Origin: Pseudomonadota bacterium
Lineage (GTDB): Bacteria; Campylobacterota; Campylobacteria; Campylobacterales; Sulfurimonadaceae
Direction of reading: 5' to 3'
Length of the DNA: 64,000 bases
Assembly: GCA_043797085.1 (NCBI GenBank)
Contig: JAZDQA010000007.1
Location: 64,001-128,000, forward strand
Shown: positions 22,691-32,115 of the stretch, one piece after another
How the letters are laid out: the number at the start of each line of letters is the position of its first letter
Position numbering within the stretch: the stretch's first letter is position 1
Notes under the pieces: model-generated
Seen by the model: only the letters and a program-made list of their open reading frames with translations
Told to the model about the DNA's origin: nothing
Databases searched by the model: none
Program-made: the position numbers and the translations under genes

Positions 22691-23077
22691 TTATCTCCAT
22701 TGCAATTCTTCGATCAGATGATCGTAAACATACTGAATTTTTTGCGCATCGGGTTCACCTTTGTAATCCATTTGAGCACGTGCGATTGTAGTGTTTTGTT
22801 CCTTGATCGAAATACGGATATATCCATCAAAGTCAGTTCCTAAGGAACGGCTTTGGGCATTGGTACAATGGGCACTGTGAGTATAGACTTCTAAGTGAAG
22901 GGGAGCCTTGGAATCGTTTTTAAAATCGCTCTTGAGAGTACCGCTTATATCCTCAATATAAAGTGCCAAGGGAGGATGTGCGATGAAATCAGGCTTTGCG
23001 ATTTCAGTATAAATTTCCCGTTCCAAGCATCCGCCGAGAAACAGGAGGTAGAACAGGAGAAATAAATATTTTTTCAT
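22691..23077 (-). CDS. Lipoprotein of unknown function
   Basis: MKK-hydrophobic-LGGC lipobox. Confidence 0.7.
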   Translation of the reverse strand: MKKYLFLLFYLLFLGGCLEREIYTEIAKPDFIAHPPLALYIEDISGTLKSDFKNDSKAPLHLEVYTHSAHCTNAQSRSLGTDFDGYIRISIKEQNTTIARAQMDYKGEPDAQKIQYVYDHLIEELQWR

Positions 23078-23080
23078 GAG

Positions 23081-23506
23081 CTATACGTGGGAGTGCTGTC
23101 CACAGCATTTTCCAGTATGTGAATGTGCGTGGCCGTGGGTGTGAGTTTTATGATCATGTTCTCCCAAGAGTGAATCAAAGTTGTCAGAGGTTACTTCGAC
23201 CAGTTCGTTGGCATGAAGCAACTTTAAGGCATCTGTTGCGGTTAATCGGGTATGTCCAGCAAAATAGACTTTGATTCCATAACTTTTTAGTAATACAAAC
23301 GGATTCATCCCCAAATGAGAGATGATTAAAACATCAACATTGTTCGCGACTAAGATCCGCGCAACATCGCGTCCGCCGTTTTGTTCCATCTTTTCGACGG
23401 TTATTTCGTTATCATCATTTGCAAATGCAAAATATTTGGCATTCCCAAAGAGTGGAGCCAGAGCAGCATCGGCAGAAGCAGTTTTAACGGGCATAGAAAC
23501 TATCAT
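23081..23506 (-). CDS. NifB/NifX (FeMo-cofactor-binding fold) family protein with His/Cys-rich tail
   Basis: PLFGNAKYF, VDVLI..HLG, GIKVY; tail HDHKTHTHGHAHSHTGKCCGQHSH. Confidence 0.8.
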   Translation of the reverse strand: MIVSMPVKTASADAALAPLFGNAKYFAFANDDNEITVEKMEQNGGRDVARILVANNVDVLIISHLGMNPFVLLKSYGIKVYFAGHTRLTATDALKLLHANELVEVTSDNFDSLLGEHDHKTHTHGHAHSHTGKCCGQHSHV

Positions 23507-23521
23507 AATAAATCCTTTGGA

Positions 23522-23896
23522 TTAATGGTTTGAGCAGCTCATATCGCTGTTCATAAGGGTAAGCTGATTGGCTAAAAAAGCGTTCAGCGATTGTTCGACA
23601 TTGAGCGATATGTTATCGTGATAAACCGCTAATCCCTTTTGTGCAAATCCTTGTAGCGGTGAGCCGCCTATTCCTGAAACAATCAGGGCATTAGCTCCGA
23701 GAATACAGATATTTTCGACTGCACCACCACATCCGCTTGCTTTATGACCTTCGTTTTTGACGACACTCACATCTTCAATTTTTCCTTCTTGAGTCAGTTC
23801 AACGACAGTATAAAAGTTGGCTCGACCAAAATGGGCATCTCGTTTTGAGAGGAGACCGTGGTGTTCATTGGTAGGGAATACTATTTTTGTATTCAT
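23522..23896 (-). CDS. NifB/NifX family protein
   Basis: KIVFPT, AHFGRANFY, H..SGC, GIGG motifs. Confidence 0.82.
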   Translation of the reverse strand: MNTKIVFPTNEHHGLLSKRDAHFGRANFYTVVELTQEGKIEDVSVVKNEGHKASGCGGAVENICILGANALIVSGIGGSPLQGFAQKGLAVYHDNISLNVEQSLNAFLANQLTLMNSDMSCSNH

Positions 23897-23926
23897 AGTT
23901 AAACTCCTTGTGTAAATTTCTATAAG

Positions 23927-24070
23927 TAATTTAGCATATGTAAAATTAAAATGATATTAATACTATCTTATAATACATATAACTTGCTCTTAATATGCCT
24001 AATATACAAGATTTTACGCTATTCAGAAAGTGTTATGGCGAAATAAATTATAATTATCATATGTAAATAC
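23927..24070. promoter_or_regulatory. Two CATATG-centred dyad sites in a divergent promoter
   Basis: taatttagCATATGtaaaatta (23927-23948) and taattatCATATGtaaata (24051-24069). Confidence 0.5.
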
Positions 24071-24081
24071 TAGGGAATACG

Positions 24082-24708
24082 ATGAAAACAGGAAAAAAAC
24101 GAAATATTACCTTCAAACCTACTTGCTTTTCATATGGTCCTTTAACTCAATTACCCAAAGAAACCATGCAATTACGAGATGATGAACTCGAAGCGCTCTA
24201 TCTAGCCGATTTTAAAGTTCTGTATCATGAAGAGTGTGCACTTTCGCTCGGAATTTCTCGTCCGACGTTTGCCAAGCTGATTAAACAAGCGCGTAAAAAA
24301 ATGGTAGAGATGGTGATGTATGGCAAAGCCATTGAGCTCATACGAGAGCCTCATAGTTTCACTCTCGTATTTCCGACAGATGATCGTATCTCAATTCATC
24401 CTTATTTTTTAGTTGCCAAACTGTTTGCTTTTGCTAAAGTTGAAGAAGGGTTAATTTCATCGATTACGTATAAAGAGAACCCGATATATCGAGAACTTTT
24501 TCAAAATGAGGCAGAAATTGTGAACGATGAAAGTGCCAAAGGACTTGCTGCGGGTCGGATTATTCCGCCACTTTTAGAAGAAGCGACCATTTTAGTTGCA
24601 CGAACGCTTGGGGATGGGATACGACGAAATATCGAGGGGATGGGGATAGCCATTGAGCTAACCCAAACTAGCAACCTTGATACGGTTATTGCTGAGTTGA
24701 TAGTTTAA
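24082..24708 (+). CDS. DUF134 HTH regulator fused to a NifB/NifX-like domain
   Basis: DELEALYLAD..L...ECA..LGISRPTF.....ARKK; C-terminal VFPTDD...HPYF. Confidence 0.85.
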   Translation: MKTGKKRNITFKPTCFSYGPLTQLPKETMQLRDDELEALYLADFKVLYHEECALSLGISRPTFAKLIKQARKKMVEMVMYGKAIELIREPHSFTLVFPTDDRISIHPYFLVAKLFAFAKVEEGLISSITYKENPIYRELFQNEAEIVNDESAKGLAAGRIIPPLLEEATILVARTLGDGIRRNIEGMGIAIELTQTSNLDTVIAELIV

Positions 24709-25084
24709 TTCCCTTAACCCAGCCCTCCATCGTTTCATTGATTGCATACATCGGTGCTTCTAAAAAGGTGATAACAAAATTTTCACCCATATCGCACACA
24801 CCAATGGAACGAGGGCGGGGGGCCATCATTTCAGGTCTGGGCAGTTTTTGACCGAAACAAAAGATGACCATCTTCGCTTCACTCATGAGAGGATTAATCT
24901 CTCCGCCAAGAGAAGTTGTATGGGCGTGATGGTCGAACTCTCCGATGTAAGCGGCAACTGGATTCGCTGCAATTTGATCTTTTAAATAGCTGATGATCCC
25001 ATCGACATTGGAGTAACGTGATTCTTTTTTAGCGATTTCAAGTGTATAGATGGGATATTTTTCCATAAAAGTGGTCTGTTTCAA
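24686..25084 (-). CDS. Conserved hypothetical protein (DUF6858-like)
   Basis: EKYPIYTLEI, FDHHAHT, FCFG, PRSIGV pattern; follows sqrF. Confidence 0.6.
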   Translation of the reverse strand: MKQTTFMEKYPIYTLEIAKKESRYSNVDGIISYLKDQIAANPVAAYIGEFDHHAHTTSLGGEINPLMSEAKMVIFCFGQKLPRPEMMAPRPRSIGVCDMGENFVITFLEAPMYAINETMEGWVKGIKLSTQQ

Positions 25085-25124
25085 AACATGTTTCCTTAAT
25101 TTTGTTAGTTTAGATAAAGCTCTA

Positions 25125-26294
25125 TTACATCCCGGGAATACGAGGAATATAACCCATTTTCGACATTTTGTAATACCATCCCCATCCGATTTTCATCCAA
25201 TGCCCTATAATCGGCATAGGGATGAGGAGTGCTTTTTTATCGTCACGGTAAACAAACCCTGCACCATTGCCCATATCCATAACACAGAGGATATTGAGGT
25301 GATTTTTGTACCCTTTTTTCTCCCCGGATTTGAGACCGACGGTTATTGCGCTGTTGTGAGCGGCATTGCGTGCCATGACTTCGGCGATGTGCCCTTGTTT
25401 GGCTTTCCAGTCGGGACCTTCCAGTGCCGCAGCATCACCGATGGCATACCATCCTTTAACCCCTTCAATTTCACAAAAATCATTAATACGGATAAAGTCG
25501 GCATTGTTGAGGGGTAGATTGCTCTCTTTGATAAGCTGCTGTCCGTTACCAGCGGGGATAAACATTGTTAAATCACTCTCGAGATTGCTTCCATCTTCAA
25601 AAACGATTCTTTCGGACTCAAAACGGGTAATTTTTTTACCGTACCGTTCGCCAAAGTTATTTTTTTTGAACATCATCGCCATGAGATTGAGGGCTTTTTC
25701 TCCCATACGTGCACCAGGAGTTGCCATCGGGGCGAAAAATGTCATTTCGAAATTATCTCGAATTCCCAATTTTTTGAGTTTATGATGGAGGTTAAAAAAG
25801 AGCTCAAATCCAGGACCGCCTCGTACACCGCTTGAGTCATTGGGATTGCCGCCAAATCCGAATGCGATTTTCCCCGATCCTTTTTCGATTAAGGCATCAA
25901 TTCTTTTTTTGAGTAACAGTGATTGTTCCGGAGCTCCACAAATAGAGAGTGTATGTTCGAGCCCTTCATGTTTCATTTTTCCCGAGCCCAGTGCTATTAC
26001 GAGGTGATCGACTTGGCATTCACCCTCTTTTTCAAGTGTGATGGTTTTTGTAAGAGCATCGATTGCAATGACACGATCAAGGGTGAGGACAAAATTGTGA
26101 CGTTCTGCAAATTTATTTAGGGGTAAAGCAACATCATCAAAGGCATACGTTCCAACGGGAATCCAAATTGAGATAGGGAAGCTATAGAGATAGTCCCGAT
26201 CGCTGATCAGCTCGACGTCAAACCCTTCTTTTCGGTAAAAAATTGCTGCTTCAAGTCCGGCAATCCCACCGCCAATAATGGTAACATTTTTCAT
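25125..26294 (-). CDS. sqr: Sulfide:quinone oxidoreductase, type VI (SqrF-like)
   Basis: IGGGIAG, SICG, GFGGNP..VRGGP.FE, KQGH, CVMDMG; short 389 aa. Confidence 0.8.
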   Translation of the reverse strand: MKNVTIIGGGIAGLEAAIFYRKEGFDVELISDRDYLYSFPISIWIPVGTYAFDDVALPLNKFAERHNFVLTLDRVIAIDALTKTITLEKEGECQVDHLVIALGSGKMKHEGLEHTLSICGAPEQSLLLKKRIDALIEKGSGKIAFGFGGNPNDSSGVRGGPGFELFFNLHHKLKKLGIRDNFEMTFFAPMATPGARMGEKALNLMAMMFKKNNFGERYGKKITRFESERIVFEDGSNLESDLTMFIPAGNGQQLIKESNLPLNNADFIRINDFCEIEGVKGWYAIGDAAALEGPDWKAKQGHIAEVMARNAAHNSAITVGLKSGEKKGYKNHLNILCVMDMGNGAGFVYRDDKKALLIPMPIIGHWMKIGWGWYYKMSKMGYIPRIPGM

Positions 26295-26412
26295 TGTTAT
26301 ACCCTTTTAAATATTGTTTGCAAATAATAATTATTGCTTTTAACTATCAATGTGAATTATAATATGAATGACGCTTAAAGTCAATGGTATAGTTTATTTA
26401 TACCGTCAATTT

Positions 26413-26658
26413 TTATTTATGAGAGATGGTTTTTTTTGAAGAGAAGAGTCTTTTGCCTAGTTGGAGTATCATTCGTAAGATTGCGATGATACTGTATACA
26501 ATGGCTGTATAAACGAGAGGGTGAAAATAGTTACCCTTCTCCATCATAGTGGCAAAACGAAGCAATGGATTGTTTAGAAGATCGGGATGCATCAGGAATG
26601 CTAAAATTGGCAGTAAAATACCAAAAATAGCAATCTCCCGAAGCAAAGTTTTGTTCAT
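26413..26658 (-). CDS. Small two-TM membrane protein
   Basis: Two hydrophobic helices with MHPDL and FHPL His residues; starts 1 bp after the Tat-SQR stop. Confidence 0.7.
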   Translation of the reverse strand: MNKTLLREIAIFGILLPILAFLMHPDLLNNPLLRFATMMEKGNYFHPLVYTAIVYSIIAILRMILQLGKRLFSSKKTISHK

Positions 26659-26659
26659 T

Positions 26660-28093
26660 CTACATTAAACCGCGCATCATCAAATGCCAGTACATCGGTT
26701 TGAGCATATAGAGGTCAAATGCCCACCAAATCCAGCGTTCTTCTTCAACAGCAAGAGGAAACGACGGTGCAGCACCGAGGTAATTGAACTCAGCTAAGAT
26801 AATTTTGCCGTATTGAGTTTTCAACGGACATACCGTGTAGCCGTCAAATTTTTCAGTAAGGGCTTTTTTCTCCATTTGAGAAATCAGATTGGCAACCATA
26901 ATCGGTCCGTGATGGCGAGCACTTCCTCCAGTTTTACCCAGTGGGATACCGCACACATCACCGATTCCGAAGACATTAGGGTAGCGATTGTGTTGAAGTG
27001 TGTCTTGATCCACTTCCAGCCACCCTTTTGCTGACCCTTTTTGCCATGCAAGGGCTGAATTAAAGACAGCATCCGGTGCAGACATCGGAGGAACAATATG
27101 GATAAAATCGTATTCCATCGGTACACGCTCAACGGTGGTGATGGTTTCATACTCTTCTAAATCTTCGTCGTAAGCCCCTTTGGTCTCTACTTTGGTTTCA
27201 AACGTAGCGATTTTTTTCTCCCCGTCGATAGCAACGAGATTGTGTTTAAATTTATTGGTGATATTTCCATAACGCGGTTGAACCACTTCATTGAGTGCTT
27301 TGTTGACAGCAGGAACACCGAAAAGTTTATCGCCGTTAAGGGCAAAGGTGAAATCAGCCGTTAGTCCATCTTGTTTGAGAAAGTCATCACTGAGATAGAG
27401 AATCTTTTGGGGAGCACCACCACATTTGATCGGAGTTGCAGGCTGAGTACAGATGACGCGAGATTTCCCTTTTTTCGCCGCTTCTTTAACGTCATTAAAC
27501 CACTGCCATGTAATAGAACCGCCCGCAGCTGTCCCCTTTTCCAAATCATTGAGATAAACGCTAGAAATACCATTTTTACCGATCATATCGATGGTAAGAC
27601 CTTCGATTTTTTCATAATGGTAGACTAATCCAGTGGCTACAACGAGATAGTCATAAGAGACTTTTTCCCCTTTTCGAGTAGTAAGGGTATTGTTGTCGGG
27701 ATCAAATGTAGCGACTTCGTCTTTGATCCATTTGACATCATCGGGAATCAAATCGAGATTGCTTCCCATAATGTCTTCAGGTGCGTATTCACCCGCAGCG
27801 ACAAACACTTGTCCCGGTTGGTAAATATGACCTTCGTTTGGAGTGATGATCGTGATGTCTGGGTTGGAGAGTGCTTTGCGCAAACGTGCCATCGCCATAA
27901 TACCGCCGGCACCACCGCCAACGATAACAATTTTACCTTTGGCATCTGAAGCCATAGCATTCGTACCATTACTGCTGCCAGCAGAGGCAAGAACACCTGC
28001 CGCGATAGGGGAAAGACCCATAAAGCGTAGCGCTTCACGACGGGTCATACCGGATTTGATTTCATTGAGTGCGTCAAGTTCGAGTTTAGACAT
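26660..28093 (-). CDS. sqr: Tat-exported sulfide:quinone oxidoreductase, type II-like (paralog of 8580-10010)
   Basis: TRREALR Tat motif, KCGGAPQK and FDGYTVCP motifs. Confidence 0.8.
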   Translation of the reverse strand: MSKLELDALNEIKSGMTRREALRFMGLSPIAAGVLASAGSSNGTNAMASDAKGKIVIVGGGAGGIMAMARLRKALSNPDITIITPNEGHIYQPGQVFVAAGEYAPEDIMGSNLDLIPDDVKWIKDEVATFDPDNNTLTTRKGEKVSYDYLVVATGLVYHYEKIEGLTIDMIGKNGISSVYLNDLEKGTAAGGSITWQWFNDVKEAAKKGKSRVICTQPATPIKCGGAPQKILYLSDDFLKQDGLTADFTFALNGDKLFGVPAVNKALNEVVQPRYGNITNKFKHNLVAIDGEKKIATFETKVETKGAYDEDLEEYETITTVERVPMEYDFIHIVPPMSAPDAVFNSALAWQKGSAKGWLEVDQDTLQHNRYPNVFGIGDVCGIPLGKTGGSARHHGPIMVANLISQMEKKALTEKFDGYTVCPLKTQYGKIILAEFNYLGAAPSFPLAVEEERWIWWAFDLYMLKPMYWHLMMRGLM

Positions 28094-28102
28094 AAAAGCT
28101 CC

Positions 28103-29584
28103 TTAATATTTATAACGCACAAATGCGCGAAATTCTTGAGAATGGTCGAGATTAGGTTCTAATGGATTATCCCAGTAGCATGTTGTATTGGCGCGATAGT
28201 GGTGATCCAGATAGGTATAGCGAATTTGTGCACTCAGATTTTTCCCGACAATCGGGATATTCCAGTATCCTTCATATGCATTACCGCGCGTGGCGATTTT
28301 AGAGCCGATAGTAGAATCTTCAGCCCATGTCATCGGTGTCCAGTACTTACTTCCATAGTTATACTCTAAACCGAAACGCCCTCCGTCGGTGATTTGATCG
28401 GGGAACAAAAAACCTGCCCAGAAGCTGTATCCAGTTTTATTCTCAGCTGAACCTAGCATTCGATAGCCACTTTCAGGATTAGTTGAACTCATTGCCGTAC
28501 TGGCAAAGAGGGTCGATTCTTCTAAAAATTCGTTATCCTCACCTAAGCCATCGAGTTGATACGAGAGTGCAGCTAAATGAGTCGTTCCTGATGCAGTTTT
28601 TATCTCTGTAGTGAGTCCATCTGTTGCGACTTTTTCACCTTTAGAATTCATGATCATGGAGTATTGGGCCATCAGATTATGTTGACCGTCATTGTAGATT
28701 GACATTGGCATAACGATAAAGTCAACTTGATTGTCTTCTGCTGCAGTGTCGATAAAATTTGTCGCAGAGATAGTTCTGCTTGCCGGATCATGGGCACGTC
28801 CGTAGACCACTTTGAGATACGATCCAGGAAATAAGACTTTATCAAAATCAAATTGCATCATGACACCGTCAACTTCCATGTTGGTGATATGGGCTAATGG
28901 TGAGCCCGCAGCATCATCGCTCATCATTTCACGATGGTTAGCCAAAAAGCCATCCGTTGCTGCTCGGCGTCCGGCACTGACGTTCATCGGTACATCCCAG
29001 TCATTTCCAAATTTATAAACAAAATAGGCTTGACGTAAACGGATGTCGACATCATTAGGACGTGAGCTTTCTTGCCAAATTTTATCTTCGGCTACTGATG
29101 TATCCGCACCCCAGTTGTAATAGGCGGCAAGTTGACCGTAGAAGAAAAGATCTTTATTGACTTTTGAACCCATACCTAACCACAAACGGTTGGTGAGTAA
29201 AGAGGGATTAGAATAGCCTTGAGCAGCATTGGTACCATCAGGCGAATAGGCGGTTGCGTATTTATTGGTTCCACTCGCAGGAGCACGTTTTGTTGCATTA
29301 TCAGAATAGCTATATCCTGTATTGTGATAAGCACTTCTAAAATCGATATCCCATTTGATATTGTCATTAGCACTTTGTGCGTTGACTTTGGAGAGCATGT
29401 CACCTTGAGAGATTTGGGTCTCTTGGAGAACGATTTGTGTTTGTTGTGTTGTTCCTTGGGTTTTTTCAAGCTGTTCAATCCGTTGGATCAGTTTTTGGAT
29501 TTGTGCTTGCAGTGCGGCTTCATCGGCGATTAAGTTTCCGGTAAAGAGAGATGCCGCAATAAGTGATAAAGTAATTTTTTTCAT
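28103..29584 (-). CDS. DUF3373-like outer-membrane beta-barrel protein
   Basis: Signal peptide, N-terminal coiled coil, TNRLWL, GLEYNYGSKYW, C-terminal aromatic FVRYKY. Confidence 0.75.
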   Translation of the reverse strand: MKKITLSLIAASLFTGNLIADEAALQAQIQKLIQRIEQLEKTQGTTQQTQIVLQETQISQGDMLSKVNAQSANDNIKWDIDFRSAYHNTGYSYSDNATKRAPASGTNKYATAYSPDGTNAAQGYSNPSLLTNRLWLGMGSKVNKDLFFYGQLAAYYNWGADTSVAEDKIWQESSRPNDVDIRLRQAYFVYKFGNDWDVPMNVSAGRRAATDGFLANHREMMSDDAAGSPLAHITNMEVDGVMMQFDFDKVLFPGSYLKVVYGRAHDPASRTISATNFIDTAAEDNQVDFIVMPMSIYNDGQHNLMAQYSMIMNSKGEKVATDGLTTEIKTASGTTHLAALSYQLDGLGEDNEFLEESTLFASTAMSSTNPESGYRMLGSAENKTGYSFWAGFLFPDQITDGGRFGLEYNYGSKYWTPMTWAEDSTIGSKIATRGNAYEGYWNIPIVGKNLSAQIRYTYLDHHYRANTTCYWDNPLEPNLDHSQEFRAFVRYKY

Positions 29585-29667
29585 CTATCTTCCTTGAGTT
29601 ACATTGGTGTTTTCGGGAGGGTTAAGAGGAGAAGATTCACGAAACCCAAAGGCTTCGTAAAAATGAC

Positions 29668-30000
29668 TTAGCACGAAGGAATATTACCGCTGTCGCGTGC
29701 AAAGTCGTGAACGAAATCATATAAATGCGTTTCAATTTTTTTATACTTATCGCTTTCAAAGAACTCTTTACCTGCTGGACATGCTTCGGTCATTTTTTTA
29801 TTTAATGTGCCCGCTTTATAGGCTTTATCCCAATCTGCTTGTTTGTATTTAGCAGCAAATACGCCACCGGTAATCCCACATGTTTCTTTGAGATTTTTTT
29901 GGTAAAGTTTTTTACCTTTTTCTGCATCAGCAGAAGCCGTTGTACTAAAGAGTGTAAGACTAAGAAATGCTGCTAAAGCAATTTTAGAGAATGAATGCAT
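29668..30000 (-). CDS. Secreted cytochrome-c-like protein lacking CxxCH, ending in Cys
   Basis: Signal peptide (ASA), ADAEKGKKLY start, LKETCG instead of CxxCH, C-terminus DSGNIPSC. Confidence 0.75.
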   Translation of the reverse strand: MHSFSKIALAAFLSLTLFSTTASADAEKGKKLYQKNLKETCGITGGVFAAKYKQADWDKAYKAGTLNKKMTEACPAGKEFFESDKYKKIETHLYDFVHDFARDSGNIPSC

Positions 30001-30359
30001 GGTTTTTTTCCTTAAGGAGGTAATTTTATGAGTACCAAAAGATACTCTAATGATTGTCAGCGATGATGATACACTTGGAATGATAAAAATAATATAAAAT
30101 TAACTGTATTATTATCTGACATTATAATTAATAATTTATTCGTCAAATAAATATTTATAATAATTCTATATAATGTATAAAATGGAGTAAAAAAGCATTA
30201 AAATACAAAAAACTATACTGTGTAAAAAAGTAACACTACTCAGCTTTATTAAAATTTTAGTCTAAATTATAAGGATTAAATTAAGGATGTGATAGCATTG
30301 TGACGTAATAGGATTATAATCGTCTTTTATGGAATTTGAGTAATAGGTAGGGAGAAAGT

Positions 30360-31829
30360 ATGGCAAGATTAGTTGTTTTAGGCGGCGGTGTCGCTGGACA
30401 CACAGCAGCAACATTCGCAGCAGATTGGCTTGGAAGTGATCATGAGGTAGTCGTGGTCACTCCAAATGCAAAATGGAATTGGATTCCTTCAAATATTTGG
30501 GTTGGCGTCGGTCAAATGTCTAAAGAAGAGGTCACTTTTGATCTTGATCCTGTTTACAAAAAAGCAGGGATTACGTATAAACAAGCCAAAGCAGTAAGTC
30601 TTAATCCTGAGGGAAATGCTTCTGGTGACAAACCTTTTGTTACGATCGAGTATACAGGTCAGGGTAAAGCGGGTAAAAGCGAAGAGGTAACATATGATTA
30701 TCTCATCAATGCAACAGGACCAAAGCTAAACTTTGGAGCAACTCCTGGCTTGGGCGAGGGTTCATCATTGGGTGAGCACACTGTTTCAGTATGTACAGCA
30801 GATCACGCAGAACATGCATCTCATGAACTTATGAAATGCATAGAAAAAATGAAAAAAGGGGAACATCAAAAATTCCTCATCGGTACGGGTCACGGTATGT
30901 GTACATGTCAGGGTGCAGCGTTTGAATATATCTTCAACATTGAACATGAACTCAACAAAGCTGGCGTCCGAGATAAGGCTGAGATCAAATGGATCTCAAA
31001 TGAATCATTTTTAGGTGACTTCGGTATGGGCGGATTGCACATGAAAGTGGGCGGTTACGTTGTCAGTTCACGTATCTTTACTGAGTCATTGTTTGCTGAG
31101 CGCGGTGTTGATTATATTACCGGTGCGCACGTGAACAAAGTTGAAAAAGGGAAAGTCACCTACGAACTTCTTGATGGTTCTATGGGTGAAGAGACATTTG
31201 ACTTTTCAATGCTGATTCCACCGTTTGCAGGGGTTGGTCTAAAAGCGTACAACAAAGCAGGGGATGACATTACCGATACGGTATTCGCTCCAAACGGCTT
31301 TATGAAAGTCGATGCGAACTATACTCCTAAACCATACGAAGAGTGGAAAGCATCTGATTGGCCTCGTACCTATCAAAATCCTACCTATAAAAATCTTTTT
31401 GCAGCAGGAATTGCATTTGCACCTCCTCACATCATCTCTAAACCTGCAAAATCACCAAACGGTACAGTGATTAATCCAACTCCTCCACGTACAGGTATGC
31501 CAAGTGGTATTATCGGTAAAGCAGTGGCTCACAGTGTTTGTTCATTGATTAAAGATGGTGAAGGTGCTCATTTGCATGAAGCATCTATGGCAGAAATGGG
31601 TGCGGCATGTGTTGCATCAGCAGGTAAAGGTTGGTTAGACGGACAAGCGGCTGCAATGACTGTTTTCCCTGTTGTTCCTGACTTTGATAAATATCCGGGA
31701 ACGGGGCGCGATACCGATTATACCTTTGGTGAGATTGGTTTAGCAGGTCATTGGATTAAGCATATTCTTCACTATTTGTTTATGTACAAAGCGAAGCTAA
31801 AACCGTTCTGGAAAGTAATTCCGGAATAA
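30360..31829 (+). CDS. sqr: Sulfide:quinone oxidoreductase (no signal peptide; type uncertain)
   Basis: LGGGVAG, SVCT, CTCQGAAFEY, PPRTG, AACVAS motifs. Confidence 0.85.
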   Translation: MARLVVLGGGVAGHTAATFAADWLGSDHEVVVVTPNAKWNWIPSNIWVGVGQMSKEEVTFDLDPVYKKAGITYKQAKAVSLNPEGNASGDKPFVTIEYTGQGKAGKSEEVTYDYLINATGPKLNFGATPGLGEGSSLGEHTVSVCTADHAEHASHELMKCIEKMKKGEHQKFLIGTGHGMCTCQGAAFEYIFNIEHELNKAGVRDKAEIKWISNESFLGDFGMGGLHMKVGGYVVSSRIFTESLFAERGVDYITGAHVNKVEKGKVTYELLDGSMGEETFDFSMLIPPFAGVGLKAYNKAGDDITDTVFAPNGFMKVDANYTPKPYEEWKASDWPRTYQNPTYKNLFAAGIAFAPPHIISKPAKSPNGTVINPTPPRTGMPSGIIGKAVAHSVCSLIKDGEGAHLHEASMAEMGAACVASAGKGWLDGQAAAMTVFPVVPDFDKYPGTGRDTDYTFGEIGLAGHWIKHILHYLFMYKAKLKPFWKVIPE

Positions 31830-31864
31830 ACCATCTATATTTAAAAAATACTAAGGAAATAATT

Positions 31865-32032
31865 ATGGCAGTAAAACCTGAAGAATTTAATTTTGCAAAA
31901 AATGATAAATTCAATAATGCAATGATCCCGGGAAAATTCGCTCGAGCTATGCGTACGTGCAAGATTTGGCAGTTTATCCGTTTTGTAATCATTAACCTCA
32001 AAATGATTGTAGTTGTGAGTAAAAGTCACTAA
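31865..32032 (+). CDS. Unannotated 55-aa SQR-associated microprotein
   Basis: AAGGA RBS; MAVKPEEFNFAKNDKFNNAMIPGKFARAMRTCKIWQFIRFVIINLKMIVVVSKSH. Confidence 0.7.
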   Translation: MAVKPEEFNFAKNDKFNNAMIPGKFARAMRTCKIWQFIRFVIINLKMIVVVSKSH

Positions 32033-32115
32033 AACCTATTAATTTGAACGCCAAAGGAATTGATCCTTTGGCTACGCTTGCCTCTTTTGAGGCAGATTTA
32101 TTAAAGATCTTCATA

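Noticed and set aside
23081..24708. NifB/NifX domains as evidence of nitrogen fixation
   Set aside because: No nifHDK or nifEN here, and the family is common outside nif clusters
30001..30359. Very AT-rich divergent intergenic region as an origin or sRNA
   Set aside because: No DnaA-box array or stable structure seen; best explained as divergent promoters
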